Of a DNA stretch of 64,000 bases, positions 52,742 to 62,212 are shown in pieces (positions within the stretch are counted from its first letter, which is position 1; each line of letters starts with the position of its first letter). The position numbers were made by a program, and so were the translations under genes. Below the pieces are notes generated by a model that searched no databases, had not been told where the DNA came from, and saw nothing but the letters and a program-made list of their open reading frames with translations. This DNA comes from Vulcanimicrobiota bacterium. Lineage in GTDB: Bacteria; Vulcanimicrobiota; Vulcanimicrobiia; Vulcanimicrobiales; Vulcanimicrobiaceae. The stretch lies in the NCBI GenBank assembly GCA_963820825.1, contig CAWGBN010000008.1, forward strand, positions 256,001 to 320,000, in the 5' to 3' direction.

Positions 52742-53827
52742 TTAGCTTAAGAGTTCGCCCAGCACGTCGAAGTTGCGCTCTGCCGCCGCCGCGACCGCCG
52801 CGCGACGTTGCGCGAGGTGCGCGGCGAGCGCATCGCGTTCTTCCACGAGCCGGTCGACCAGCGCATCGATCGAGCTATCCGTGGGACGCGGTTCGCCCGC
52901 CTTCCAGATCGGTGCGAGTGGATACTCCAAGTCCTCGCAGAGCGACGCGACTTTCGGATCGTAGGAGATGGCGAGAAAGGGCACGGCATAGCGTGCGGCG
53001 AGCACGAGCGAGTGCAGCCGCATGCCGACGACGACCCGCGCGTTACGCAGAATCGAGGCCGCCTTCGGCAACGGGCACTCCGGCAAGAGCACCGGGTTCG
53101 ACGCGCAGGCGCGAATGACGTCGGTCGACGCCGCCGCGTCGCCGGCGCCGCCGAATGGAAGGAAGGCCGAGCGAATTTCGTACTGCTGCGCGAGCCGGTC
53201 GACGACGCGGGCGACGATGGCGGGAACGTCGCGAAAGGCCGGGATCTTGCGCACGCTCGTCACGGCGTAGGAACCGCTCTCCGGTCCGAGCCCTTCGCTG
53301 GCCAAATCGGCCTCCGCGTCGGGCGCGTCGTAGAGAAAGACGGGATCGGCGGTCTGCTCGACCGGCGTCTTGGGGAGCAGCTGCTGCAAGAGCAGCCGCG
53401 ATCGCTCGTCGCGAACGGTCGCGCGATCGAGGCCTTTGCAGAAGTGACGCACGACGAGACGCCCCCAGCGATCGAGCGGTCCGATCGACTGAGCGAAGAC
53501 CATTGTCTTGCGTCGCGCGCGAATTGCTTCGCGCAGAATCCCGGCGTAATAGAGGAGACTGCGCAGGCTCGTCGCGCTCTGCAGCAAGCCGCCCCCGCCC
53601 GAGAGGACGACGTCGGCGCGACCGATCGCGCCGCGAATTGCGCGCCAATCCCAGCGCGGCGTCGCCTCGACGCGATGCAAGCGCGCCGTCGCGGCCGGCG
53701 TCGCGGAGAGCACGTCGAGCTCCACCGCGGGGAAGCGCCGGCGCATGCGATCGACGATCACTTCGAGCAACGCTTCGTCGCCGAGATTGCCGAACCCGTA
53801 ATAGCCGGAGAGCAGCACGCGCGCCAT
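52742..53827 (-). CDS. csaB: Polysaccharide pyruvyl transferase CsaB
   Basis: LLSGYYGFGNLGDEA, SGGGGLLQ..TS..SL.YY, AQSIGP, TVRD..S, GMRLHSL, ISYDPKV. Confidence 0.93.
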   Translation of the reverse strand: MARVLLSGYYGFGNLGDEALLEVIVDRMRRRFPAVELDVLSATPAATARLHRVEATPRWDWRAIRGAIGRADVVLSGGGGLLQSATSLRSLLYYAGILREAIRARRKTMVFAQSIGPLDRWGRLVVRHFCKGLDRATVRDERSRLLLQQLLPKTPVEQTADPVFLYDAPDAEADLASEGLGPESGSYAVTSVRKIPAFRDVPAIVARVVDRLAQQYEIRSAFLPFGGAGDAAASTDVIRACASNPVLLPECPLPKAASILRNARVVVGMRLHSLVLAARYAVPFLAISYDPKVASLCEDLEYPLAPIWKAGEPRPTDSSIDALVDRLVEERDALAAHLAQRRAAVAAAAERNFDVLGELLS

Positions 53828-55821
53828 CACGCCGTGGCCGGCACGAGCCGGCGATAGATCCAGATCGCGATCGCGCCGACCATCGCACCGACGATCAATC
53901 CGAAGACGATGCGCAGCACGGAGATCTCGATCGGCGTGTGCAGGTGCGAGAAGGTGTCGATGACGTCGCCGACGCCGACCCCGATTCCGAGCGCGAGCAG
54001 CCACCCGACCGCGCGACGGTGCGGCGGCAAGAGTGCCGGAAGCAGCATCATAGCGGGGAAACCGATCAAGAACTCTTTGAACCGGGGCCGCACGCTCAGG
54101 ACGTGGGTGAGTGCGTGGCGCAGGGCGAGTTCGAAGGCCGAGGGTGCGACGTCGCTATCGTTGCCGCTGCGCACGATCATGAGCGCACCGAGCGCAACGA
54201 TGGCGATACCGGCGAGGAGCTGATAGATGAGCACCGGCGAGAGAAAGACGTCGCGCGGCCGTTGTACGCTGCCGAAGCGGCGGTCGAACAGATAGAGCGC
54301 GAGCGCGATCACCGGCGGGAGCGCGAAGAATAGGCGCACGCCGCGAAAGCGCTCGATCTCCTCCATCGTGAGCGGCGAGCTGAGCACACCGACGACGACG
54401 AGCGCGCCGAGCAGTGCGACGCCGGTCGCGGCAAGCGTCCAGCCCAGGCTGCGAAGGAACTGCGTGGCGTCGGCCCGCGCCGGAATCTCGTTCCACGCCG
54501 GAATCAGGACGAGCAGTGCCGCGGTTGCAAAGAGCAGCGCGCCGCCGAGGGCAAAGACCGAGCGAACGAACTCGTCGTGATGGCTGACGAGCCCGCCGCC
54601 GTAGAGCAGAATCGTGAGCGCGTATGCGGCGATCGCGATGCTGCGGCGGTAGATGCCGAAGAACTCGAGCAGGATGACGAAGATCGACGGTACGGCGAGC
54701 GCGGCCAGGCCGACGAGCACGCGATTGTTTCCGCGGTACTCCGGAATCGGCGTCGCGCGGCCGAGCCGGAATCCGGAGGCGCGCAGCTGATCTGCGATCG
54801 CTTTGACCATCTCGACGTTCGTCGCTTCGATCGAGAGGTTTCCGTCTTGATGCGTCCACGGGCGCAGGTAGACGACGCGGACGTTTCGTTCGCGCACCCC
54901 GAGTACGTATCGCGCGACCGCTTCGTCGAGCTTGATCTTGTCGAGCTCGGTCTTCGCGATCGCCTGCACGCGCACGGTCCGCCCCGGAATCAGGCGCGCG
55001 AGCGTGTCGTTGCCTTTCTGCACTTGGCTCGGGTCGTACGTCTCGATCGAACCGAAGTTGAAGACGTGACGCTTGAACGCCGCGGCGGTATCCTCCAACC
55101 GATCGGGGTAGCCGAGAACCTGATTGCCGAGCCCAAAGAAGATCACCGTTGAAACCTTGGGATCGTATTGCAAGACGTCGTCGAAGGTCGCTTCGATCTG
55201 CGGCGCCTTGAGGCGCTCGTCGTTCTGAAAGCGCGGAACGACGAGCAATGCGAGGCGCCGGGCAAGCTCGATTTGATCGGTCGGAATCCCCAGCGCGGTC
55301 GCGTTGAAGTAATCGACCTGCGTGCGCACCTCGATCAGCCACGGCCGCACCGGCCGCAGAACGCGCACCGTGCGAGGGGCGAAGTGCAGCGCAAGCTGCG
55401 TGCGGTAGCGCCGATACGTCGCCGCGTCGGAGACGAGCAGATAGACCGCCCCGTCGCGGATGCGGCCGCTCTTCACCATCGCGGCGAGGAGCGGGTCGCG
55501 GATGGGCGTGACGCGCGCCTGGTTTACCAGCGCGCCTCCCGTGGTCGCGTAGGCTTTCCCGTTATCGCCGACGTTGGTTCCAAGCTCCTCGGTCAGCGCA
55601 AGCGAGGTGAGTCCGGCGCGGCGCAGTGCGATCAAAAACGCGGCCGGATTGTAATCGTACGATCGCGCCAGCGCGTCGAAGTCGGTAAAATCCATCGTCA
55701 GCTCGACGCGGCGCGCGTGCGACTCGGTGCGCACCCGAAAGAACGCAACCGCGAGCGCGGCGAGGAGGGCGACGAGCAAAACGGCGGCGGCGAAGCGCGT
55801 CCGCGGAGTGATGAGATTCAC
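53827..55821 (-). CDS. DUF5693-like membrane protein (usual csaB neighbour)
   Basis: GVRERNVRVVYLRP, FRGV, RSGN, VRPRFKEFLIGFP, TFSHLHTP; AAGGAG RBS before GTG 55821. Confidence 0.8.
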   Translation of the reverse strand: MNLITPRTRFAAAVLLVALLAALAVAFFRVRTESHARRVELTMDFTDFDALARSYDYNPAAFLIALRRAGLTSLALTEELGTNVGDNGKAYATTGGALVNQARVTPIRDPLLAAMVKSGRIRDGAVYLLVSDAATYRRYRTQLALHFAPRTVRVLRPVRPWLIEVRTQVDYFNATALGIPTDQIELARRLALLVVPRFQNDERLKAPQIEATFDDVLQYDPKVSTVIFFGLGNQVLGYPDRLEDTAAAFKRHVFNFGSIETYDPSQVQKGNDTLARLIPGRTVRVQAIAKTELDKIKLDEAVARYVLGVRERNVRVVYLRPWTHQDGNLSIEATNVEMVKAIADQLRASGFRLGRATPIPEYRGNNRVLVGLAALAVPSIFVILLEFFGIYRRSIAIAAYALTILLYGGGLVSHHDEFVRSVFALGGALLFATAALLVLIPAWNEIPARADATQFLRSLGWTLAATGVALLGALVVVGVLSSPLTMEEIERFRGVRLFFALPPVIALALYLFDRRFGSVQRPRDVFLSPVLIYQLLAGIAIVALGALMIVRSGNDSDVAPSAFELALRHALTHVLSVRPRFKEFLIGFPAMMLLPALLPPHRRAVGWLLALGIGVGVGDVIDTFSHLHTPIEISVLRIVFGLIVGAMVGAIAIWIYRRLVPATA

Positions 55822-55849
55822 GAAGCGCCTCTCCTTCGACCGATTCACA

Positions 55850-56022
55850 GAAGGGCCCGCCAAAGGCGAGCCCTCCTGCCGTCGCGTACGCGCGATTCCC
55901 TTATTTTTCGGGCTCGCGCGTACCGGGTGTGGGCGACGCTTTTCTCTCTTTCACGCGGCGCTCGCCGCCCACCGTCGAACGCCGGGCCGTCCCGGTTCAA
56001 CGGTGCCCACTGATCCCCTCCA
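55850..56022 (-). other. Structured intergenic leader with four strong hairpins and a possible 19-codon uORF
   Basis: Stems at 55970-56005, 55929-55972, 55886-55923 and 55851-55875. G-U pairs favour the minus strand. Confidence 0.5.
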
Positions 56023-56028
56023 GCGAGA

Positions 56029-56814
56029 CTAACGCCGCCAAACCGGTCGCCGCCGCTCGAGAAAAGCGGTGATGCCTTCGGTTGCGTCAGGCTCCATTGC
56101 GTTCGACGTCATCACCGCCTTGGTGTACTCGTACGCCCGCGCCTGATCGAGGTCGATCTGCTTGTAGAAGGCCGCCTTACCGATGCCGACGACGCCACGG
56201 CTCGATTCGGCGATCTTTCGCGCCAGTGCGAGCGTTTCGTCGTGAACCCGATCGGGAGCGACGACGCGATTGATCAAGCCCCACGCCAGCGCCGTCGGCG
56301 CGTCGATCGCTTCGCCGGTGAGCAGCATCTCCATCGCACGCTTACGTCCGATCGCGCGCGTGAGCGCGACCATCGGCGTGCTGCAGAATAATCCGATCCG
56401 CACCCCCGGCGTTGCGAAGACCGCCTCGCTCGAAGCGACGGCGAGATCGCAGGCGGCGACGAGCTGGCAGCCGGCGGCCGTCGCGACTCTGGCAACCTCG
56501 GCGATCACCGGCTGCGCAATCGCGGAGATGCGCGTCATCAGGTCGACGCAGGCCTCGAAGATCGCCTCGTAGGTACCGGCGTCGCGCCCGACGAGTTCGC
56601 GAAGATCGTGACCCGCGCAAAAGGCAGGCCCCTCGCCGCGGAGGATGACGACGCGGACCTCCGGATCCTCGGCGACTGCGGCGAGCGCGGCGTCGAGCTC
56701 GCGCATCATCGTCAACGAGAGCGCGTTACGTTTCTCGGGGCGGTTCATGGTGACGAGCGCGATCTCGCCTTCCCGGCCGATCGTGACTTCCGCGGACCCA
56801 GGCATCGCTTTCAT
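56029..56814 (-). CDS. Enoyl-CoA hydratase/isomerase family protein
   Basis: MNRPEKRNAL, FCAGHDL, ATAAGCQLVAACDL, FATPGVRIGLFCSTP, MEMLLTG. Confidence 0.93.
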   Translation of the reverse strand: MKAMPGSAEVTIGREGEIALVTMNRPEKRNALSLTMMRELDAALAAVAEDPEVRVVILRGEGPAFCAGHDLRELVGRDAGTYEAIFEACVDLMTRISAIAQPVIAEVARVATAAGCQLVAACDLAVASSEAVFATPGVRIGLFCSTPMVALTRAIGRKRAMEMLLTGEAIDAPTALAWGLINRVVAPDRVHDETLALARKIAESSRGVVGIGKAAFYKQIDLDQARAYEYTKAVMTSNAMEPDATEGITAFLERRRPVWRR

Positions 56815-56864
56815 ACCGAATCCTTGGCCCAGGGGGTAGCGATACCCCCCGGGCCGGCGAGCGC

Positions 56865-57338
56865 TTATGGGGCGGTGACGATATCGGATTTGATCTGGGC
56901 GAAGAGCTGGGCGAGTTGCGCCCGCAGCGCCGGCGGGATGTTGAACTTGTCCTCGGTCTGGCCGAAATCCGCGATGCTCGCATTCCACTCGTCTTCGGTG
57001 ATGTTCAGGCCGGCGTGCGCCACCTTCATGTCGCGTCCGGTATAGAGGCACGGTCCGCCGGTCTTCGCGCAGAGAAACTCGACGAAGTGCTGGCGCAGCT
57101 GTGCCTTGTGCTCGTCGTTGAGGCCGACGAAGAACTTCGCCAGCTTCGGATCGGTCGCGAGGCGCCCGATCGCGTCGTCGGTGACGGCGGCGAGCGCATC
57201 GTAGCCGCCGAGCTGTGCGTAGAGCGTCGTCGCCGGCGAGGGCGGGGGGGATTGCTGGGCGCGGGCGGCGCTCCACGTGCTCGCGACGCCCGTCAGGGCC
57301 AAAGCGAAGACCAGCAGGACGGAAAACCGCATTTTCAT
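56865..57338 (-). CDS. Group I truncated haemoglobin (GlbN-like) with N-terminal signal peptide
   Basis: TLYAQLGG, FF, FLC..TGGP..YTGRDMKVAHAGLNIT; signal peptide ending ARA. Confidence 0.9.
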   Translation of the reverse strand: MKMRFSVLLVFALALTGVASTWSAARAQQSPPPSPATTLYAQLGGYDALAAVTDDAIGRLATDPKLAKFFVGLNDEHKAQLRQHFVEFLCAKTGGPCLYTGRDMKVAHAGLNITEDEWNASIADFGQTEDKFNIPPALRAQLAQLFAQIKSDIVTAP

Positions 57339-57523
57339 TCTCAAACTCCCTCTCCAAAGAGTAGCAAGGCTTCGGGTATCCGCCGGAGCAAGCGGGCATT
57401 CCTAGCCCTTCCTGCCTCGCGCTCCCTTAGAGGAATATGGGACCTTTGGCCGCATGTTTCGGCCACGTCCGCCGGTTCGCCGGCGGTCTACTTCGAACAC
57501 CTAGCTATTGAAGGAGTTCAAAC

Positions 57524-58099
57524 GTGCGTTTCAGCCTTCTATGTGCGAGCGCAGCGCTCGCGGCAAGCTTGGTCCTCTCCGGATGTTCGACGAACGGCAG
57601 CAGCTCGGCGATTCCGGGCGGCTCGTCGACTACGTCGATGGCCGGTCACCGCGCCCAACTGCACATGGTGATCACCGGCGTGCACCACGCCTACACCTGC
57701 TCGGGCTCGGGTCTCTACGCCTGCTACCTGGTCAACAACGGCGCGACCGACTTCGAGTGGTGCATCGTCAACGTGACGAGCGGCAACTGCACCAGCGACC
57801 TCGCCCCCGGCAAGTGGTCCTGGACGAACACGGCCCCCATCCCGGGTAAGCCGAACACGGAAAAGATCAGCACCATGAAACCGACCGGCGCGGTCAAGTC
57901 GACGTGGGTTGGCCTCACCAAGAGTGGTCACGTCGCCAATCCGATCAACAACGACATCGTCGTCAAGAACAGCGTCAAGTACACCAAGGGCAAACCCGGC
58001 TACGAGTTCTCGTGGCAGGCCTGCGCGAAGAGCGGCCCCTACAAGGGCAGCTGCGTCGCCCCGCCGGGAGCCATCGGGATCATCGTCGGGAACTACTAA
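57524..58099 (+). CDS. Hypothetical Cys-rich lipoprotein
   Basis: AAGGAG RBS, lipobox LSGC, six further Cys, strongly C-ending codons, downstream terminator. Confidence 0.78.
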   Translation: MRFSLLCASAALAASLVLSGCSTNGSSSAIPGGSSTTSMAGHRAQLHMVITGVHHAYTCSGSGLYACYLVNNGATDFEWCIVNVTSGNCTSDLAPGKWSWTNTAPIPGKPNTEKISTMKPTGAVKSTWVGLTKSGHVANPINNDIVVKNSVKYTKGKPGYEFSWQACAKSGPYKGSCVAPPGAIGIIVGNY

Positions 58100-58129
58100 A
58101 TTCCCGCCCTGAATCGTTTATCGATTCGC

Positions 58130-58161
58130 AAGGAGGCTTGGCTTCGGCCGGGCCTCCTTTT
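58130..58161 (+). terminator. Rho-independent terminator
   Basis: AAGGAGGCTTGGC-TTCG-GCCGGGCCTCCTT followed by T residues. Confidence 0.75.
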
Positions 58162-59491
58162 GTCGTTCGCGCTTGCATTAGCGAGCTGCGCGGTGACCCT
58201 CGCACTAGTTGGGTGTTCGCGTCTCACTCTGAGCCTGTCGAAGGGCGACACGTTCCTGCCGGACCTCAGTGAGACCGGAGCGGGGAAGATCGCGCACGTC
58301 GTCTACGTGATTCAAGAGAATCGCAGCTTCGACGACATGTTCCAGGGCTATCCGGGCGCCGACACCGTTTCGAGCGGAAAGAACTCTAAGGGCAAGACGA
58401 TCTCGCTGCAGCCGATCTCGCTCAAGACGCAATACGACATGGACCACTCGGCGCACGGCATGTTCGTCGCCTGCGACGGCACCGGAAAACTCCCCGGCAC
58501 GAAGTGCCGGATGGACGGCTTCGACCGCGAGCACATTTACGACGGCGGCCCCCGCAACGGCCAATACGCCTACGTGCCGCACGACGAATCGAAGCCGTAC
58601 TTCGAGATGGCCCACGAGTTCGTCGTGGCCGACCGCATGTTCGCCTCGCAGCTCGACGAGAGTTTCGTGGCCCATCAGTACGCGATCGCCGCGCAGGCAA
58701 AATCGAGCGTGGACGTTCCTTCGATCAAATGGGGCTGCCCCGGCGGCCCGGCGGCAACGGTTTCAACGATTACGAACCTCCGCACCTATGGGCCACGCCA
58801 ACGCGCCTGCTTCAACTACCGGACGCTCGGCGACGAGTTCGACAAAGCCGGCCTGAGCTGGCGATTCTATACGAGCAGCTACACCATACCGTTCAGTGGA
58901 TACTGGTCGGCCTATCAGGCGGTCAAACATATCTTCTACGGGCCCGATTGGAATCAAGACGTCATCACGCCGCAGAAGCAGTTTCTGCACGACGTGAAGG
59001 CCGGCAAACTCGCGAGCTTTACCTGGATTACGCCCGAATGTCCCGAGTCCGACCACCCCGCCTGCGGCCACGGATTAGGACCATCGTGGGTCGCCGCGGT
59101 GGTCAACGCGGTCGGGAAGAGCAAGTTCTGGAACTCGACCGCGATCTTCGTACAGTGGGACGATTGGGGCGGCTTCTACGACCACGTCCGGCCGCCGCAT
59201 CGCGGCTACGACGGCCTTGGATTTCGCGTTCCGCTGATCGTCATCTCACCGTATGCGAAGCAGAACTACGTCTCGCACGTGCAGTACGAGACCGCAAGCG
59301 TACTCCGCTTCGCCGAGGATCTCTTCGGCCTGCCGCAGCTCACTGCCGCCGACAAGCGCGCCGCGTCACCCGCCCTCGACTGCTTCAACTTCAAGCAGAA
59401 GCCGCGCAAGTTCGTGCCGATCAAGGCTCCCAAAGGCGAAGACTTCTTCTTCCGTCAGCCGCACGACCCGCGCATTCCCGACGCGGATTAA
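58160..59491 (+). CDS. Phosphoesterase family lipoprotein
   Basis: Lipobox [42 protein letters not shown]. Start uncertain. Confidence 0.92.
   Translation: MSFALALASCAVTLALVGCSRLTLSLSKGDTFLPDLSETGAGKIAHVVYVIQENRSFDDMFQGYPGADTVSSGKNSKGKTISLQPISLKTQYDMDHSAHGMFVACDGTGKLPGTKCRMDGFDREHIYDGGPRNGQYAYVPHDESKPYFEMAHEFVVADRMFASQLDESFVAHQYAIAAQAKSSVDVPSIKWGCPGGPAATVSTITNLRTYGPRQRACFNYRTLGDEFDKAGLSWRFYTSSYTIPFSGYWSAYQAVKHIFYGPDWNQDVITPQKQFLHDVKAGKLASFTWITPECPESDHPACGHGLGPSWVAAVVNAVGKSKFWNSTAIFVQWDDWGGFYDHVRPPHRGYDGLGFRVPLIVISPYAKQNYVSHVQYETASVLRFAEDLFGLPQLTAADKRAASPALDCFNFKQKPRKFVPIKAPKGEDFFFRQPHDPRIPDAD
58222..58250. repeat. 29-bp palindromic repeat copy, in frame just after the lipobox
   Basis: TCTCACTCT-GAGCCTGTCGA-AGGGCGACA encodes LTLSLSKGD. 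Confidence 0.75.
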
Positions 59492-59499
59492 CGGCGGCC

Positions 59500-60861
59500 T
59501 TAATCTCCCTCAGCCGTATCGTTGCGCGGACGCCCGGCCGACGGCCGGCTCTCCAACTCGCGCCAATAGGACGGCGATTTGCTGCCGCCGATCTCTTTGA
59601 AGCGGCGCGGCCGCTGCTGGAAATCGAACGCGTTGGGGTCGTTCGCGGGGTCCTGCGCCCGCGCATCGCTCTTGGCCAACGGCGCTAGGCCGAAGTTATC
59701 TTCAATGAAGCGCAGCACGCTCGCGGTCTCGTATTGCTCGTGCGTCACCACGCCGCGCTTGGCATAGGGCGAGACGATCAGCAGCGGAACGCGGAAGCCC
59801 AGACCGTCGTAATCTTTGTAGACCGGCTTGACCGGATCGAACCAGCCGCCCCAGTCGTCCCAAATGATGAAGATGGCCGTCGACTTCCAGAACTTGCTCT
59901 CGCCGATCGTGTTGACTAGGCTGGCGATCCACGCCGGACCCTCCTTTGCATCGATGCTCGGATGATCGGAGGTCTCCCAAATCGGCGTGATCCAGGTGAT
60001 TGCCGCGAGTTGACCGCTGCCCACGTCGGTGAGGAACTGCGCCGGTGGATTGATGACGTTCGTGCTCCAGTCCGAGCCGTAATAGATCGCGCGATCGGCT
60101 TGATACGACGACCAGAGCCCGCCGTCGCCCTCGGTCGTACCGGCATAGAACCTCCAGTCGATCCCGGCTGCGTCGGCCTCCGAAGCGATGGTCGGATTGT
60201 CGAAGCACGCCTCGACGCGACCGCTCTTTCGCCGGTCTTTGCTCAGCGTTGGAAGCGTGTCGTGTTTTCCGCCTTCACATCCCCAGCTGCTGCTCGGATA
60301 ATCGACGGCGTGGCTGGAGTACGCAGCAACGGAGTATTGGTGCGCGACGAAGCTGCCGTCGAGATTCGAGGCGAACGTCTCGTCGCCGAGGACGTACTGC
60401 TGTGCGATCGTCCAGTACGGTACGATCTCGTCTTGCGGCACGTAGGCATACGCGAGATCCTTTGGAGCGTAGCGCGGGTTCGCTTGCGTGTCCCAGCCGT
60501 CCATCTTGCATTTCGTCCCACGTAACTTACCTTGACCGTCGCAGGCGGCGAAAAAATCGCTCGACCCGTGCCCGGGATCCCACGAGCTCCAGAGCCGGCG
60601 CGCCATCAGCTTGACTTGATTCCCCTGCGAATCGTAGCCGTACCGTGACGTAACCGCGCCGGGATAATCCATGAAGAGATTGTTGAACGAACGATTCTCT
60701 TGAATCACGAAGACCACGTGCTTAATGGGTGAGTGCGCCGTGTCGCCCTTCGACAAGCTCAGGGTGACACGACTGGGGGCGTCGCTCAGGGTGACGCCAT
60801 TAGGGCTGCAGGCCGCGAGGCATGCGGCACATAGCAACGTAAGCAAGGCTTTCGTCGTCAT
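59500..60861 (-). CDS. Phosphoesterase family lipoprotein
   Basis: Lipobox LAAC; QENRSFNN, LDGSFVAHQY, SDHP, WDDWGG. Alternative start at ATG 60888. Confidence 0.92.
   Translation of the reverse strand: MTTKALLTLLCAACLAACSPNGVTLSDAPSRVTLSLSKGDTAHSPIKHVVFVIQENRSFNNLFMDYPGAVTSRYGYDSQGNQVKLMARRLWSSWDPGHGSSDFFAACDGQGKLRGTKCKMDGWDTQANPRYAPKDLAYAYVPQDEIVPYWTIAQQYVLGDETFASNLDGSFVAHQYSVAAYSSHAVDYPSSSWGCEGGKHDTLPTLSKDRRKSGRVEACFDNPTIASEADAAGIDWRFYAGTTEGDGGLWSSYQADRAIYYGSDWSTNVINPPAQFLTDVGSGQLAAITWITPIWETSDHPSIDAKEGPAWIASLVNTIGESKFWKSTAIFIIWDDWGGWFDPVKPVYKDYDGLGFRVPLLIVSPYAKRGVVTHEQYETASVLRFIEDNFGLAPLAKSDARAQDPANDPNAFDFQQRPRRFKEIGGSKSPSYWRELESRPSAGRPRNDTAEGD
60741..60795. repeat. 29-bp palindromic repeat copy plus adjacent half copy, in frame after the lipobox
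   Basis: Reverse complement of 60741-60769 is TGTCACCCT-GAGCTTGTCGA-AGGGCGACA (VTLSLSKGD). Half copy GTCACCCTGAGC at 60795-60784. Confidence 0.8.
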
Positions 60862-60880
60862 CGCTGAAGATGGTATCACA

Positions 60881-62212
60881 TTATTCATAGTCCGGCGCGG
60901 AGTAATCGTCGGGCAGCGAGCGCATGAAGAACCTCGGCGGGTGCGGCGCACCGATCTTCACGAACGGGCGCGGCTTCCGGGTGAAGTCGAAGCAATCGAG
61001 CGCGGGTGACCTGGCTCGCTTGTCGGCGGCGGCGAGCTGGTTAAGGCCCCAGAGATCCTCAGCGAAGCGCAGCACGCTCGCCGTTTCGTAGCGCTTGTGC
61101 GAAACGAAGTTCTGCTTGGCGTAGGGTGAGATGACCAGCAGCGGAATGCGGAAGCCCAGCCCATCGTAATCTGCGAAGGGCGGCGCAACGTGATCGTAGA
61201 GGCCGCCCCAGTCGTCCCAGATGACGAAGATCGCCGTCGAGTTCCAGAACCGGCTCTTGCCGACGGTATTCACCAACGCGGCGACCCACGACGGGCCGTA
61301 GCCGCCGCCGCAGTTGATGTGATCGGAGTCGTCGCAGACCGGCGTGATCCAGGTGAAGTTCGCGAGCTCGCCGGCGCGTACGTCGCTGATGAACCTCCAG
61401 TTCGGCGAAATGACGTTCTTCCAGTCGGGACCGTAGCGGATGTGCTTTACCGACTGATAGCCGGACCATTCCCCGCCGTTGCTGTTCAAGCCATGCCCGT
61501 AGCGCGCGGCGTAAAAGCGCCACGAGAGCTTGGCCGCATCGAGCTCGTCTGCGAGCGTCATGTAGTCGAAGCACGGCGGGATGCCCGGGCCGATGCCGCG
61601 CTTGCGCGTGATCGTGGGAACCAGATCTTTCTTTGGTTGGCCGCAGGCCCAGCGCATCGTCGGCAGATTGACGGTCGAATCGGCCTGCGCCGCGATCGCG
61701 TACTGGTGCGCGACGAAGCTCTCGTCGAGCTGCGATTGAAAGGTCCGGTCGGCGAGCACCCATTCGTGCGCCATGTCGAAGTACGGCTTTGAATCGCGGT
61801 GCGGTACGTAGGCGTACTGCGGATTCGGCGGACCGCCGAAGGCGGACTCGTCGTTGAATCCGTCCATGCGGCACTTCGTGCCGGGCAGGGCGCCGGTGCC
61901 GTTGCAGGCCTCGAACATTGCGTCGAGCGAGTGATCGATCTCATATTGCCGGCTCAGCGGCACCGGCTGCAGCGCGATCGTCTTGCCGTCCGACTCCTTT
62001 CCTTTCGAAACGGTATCTGCGCCGGGATAACCTTGAAAGAGATTATCGAAGCTGCGGTTCTCCTGGATGATGAAGACGACGTGCTCGATCTTCCCCGCAC
62101 CCGTTGCATTAAGCTGCTGTAGCGCCGCGCCGCTACGCATGTACGGCATCATCGGCGCCCCGCACGCCGACACTGCCAGCACGAACAGGGCGCTACTCGT
62201 AATCCGGCGCAA
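60881..62212 (-). CDS. Phosphoesterase family lipoprotein
   Basis: TTG start inside the upstream paralogue; lipobox [25 protein letters not shown]; ends PDYE. Confidence 0.92.
   Translation of the reverse strand: MRRITSSALFVLAVSACGAPMMPYMRSGAALQQLNATGAGKIEHVVFIIQENRSFDNLFQGYPGADTVSKGKESDGKTIALQPVPLSRQYEIDHSLDAMFEACNGTGALPGTKCRMDGFNDESAFGGPPNPQYAYVPHRDSKPYFDMAHEWVLADRTFQSQLDESFVAHQYAIAAQADSTVNLPTMRWACGQPKKDLVPTITRKRGIGPGIPPCFDYMTLADELDAAKLSWRFYAARYGHGLNSNGGEWSGYQSVKHIRYGPDWKNVISPNWRFISDVRAGELANFTWITPVCDDSDHINCGGGYGPSWVAALVNTVGKSRFWNSTAIFVIWDDWGGLYDHVAPPFADYDGLGFRIPLLVISPYAKQNFVSHKRYETASVLRFAEDLWGLNQLAAADKRARSPALDCFDFTRKPRPFVKIGAPHPPRFFMRSLPDDYSAPDYE

Noticed and set aside
55850..56022. T-box riboswitch (ileS downstream) or 6S RNA
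   Set aside because: No UGGNACC antiterminator bulge or specifier stem, and no long closing rod with a central bubble. Kept only as an unclassified structured leader.
56832..56850. GGGGGTA..TACCCCC hairpin between the globin and enoyl-CoA hydratase genes
   Set aside because: Short, single stem with no U-tract; function unsupported.
44388..60795. CRISPR array interpretation of the 29-bp palindromic repeats
   Set aside because: Copies are kilobases apart, non-identical and inside genes; no spacers or cas genes.
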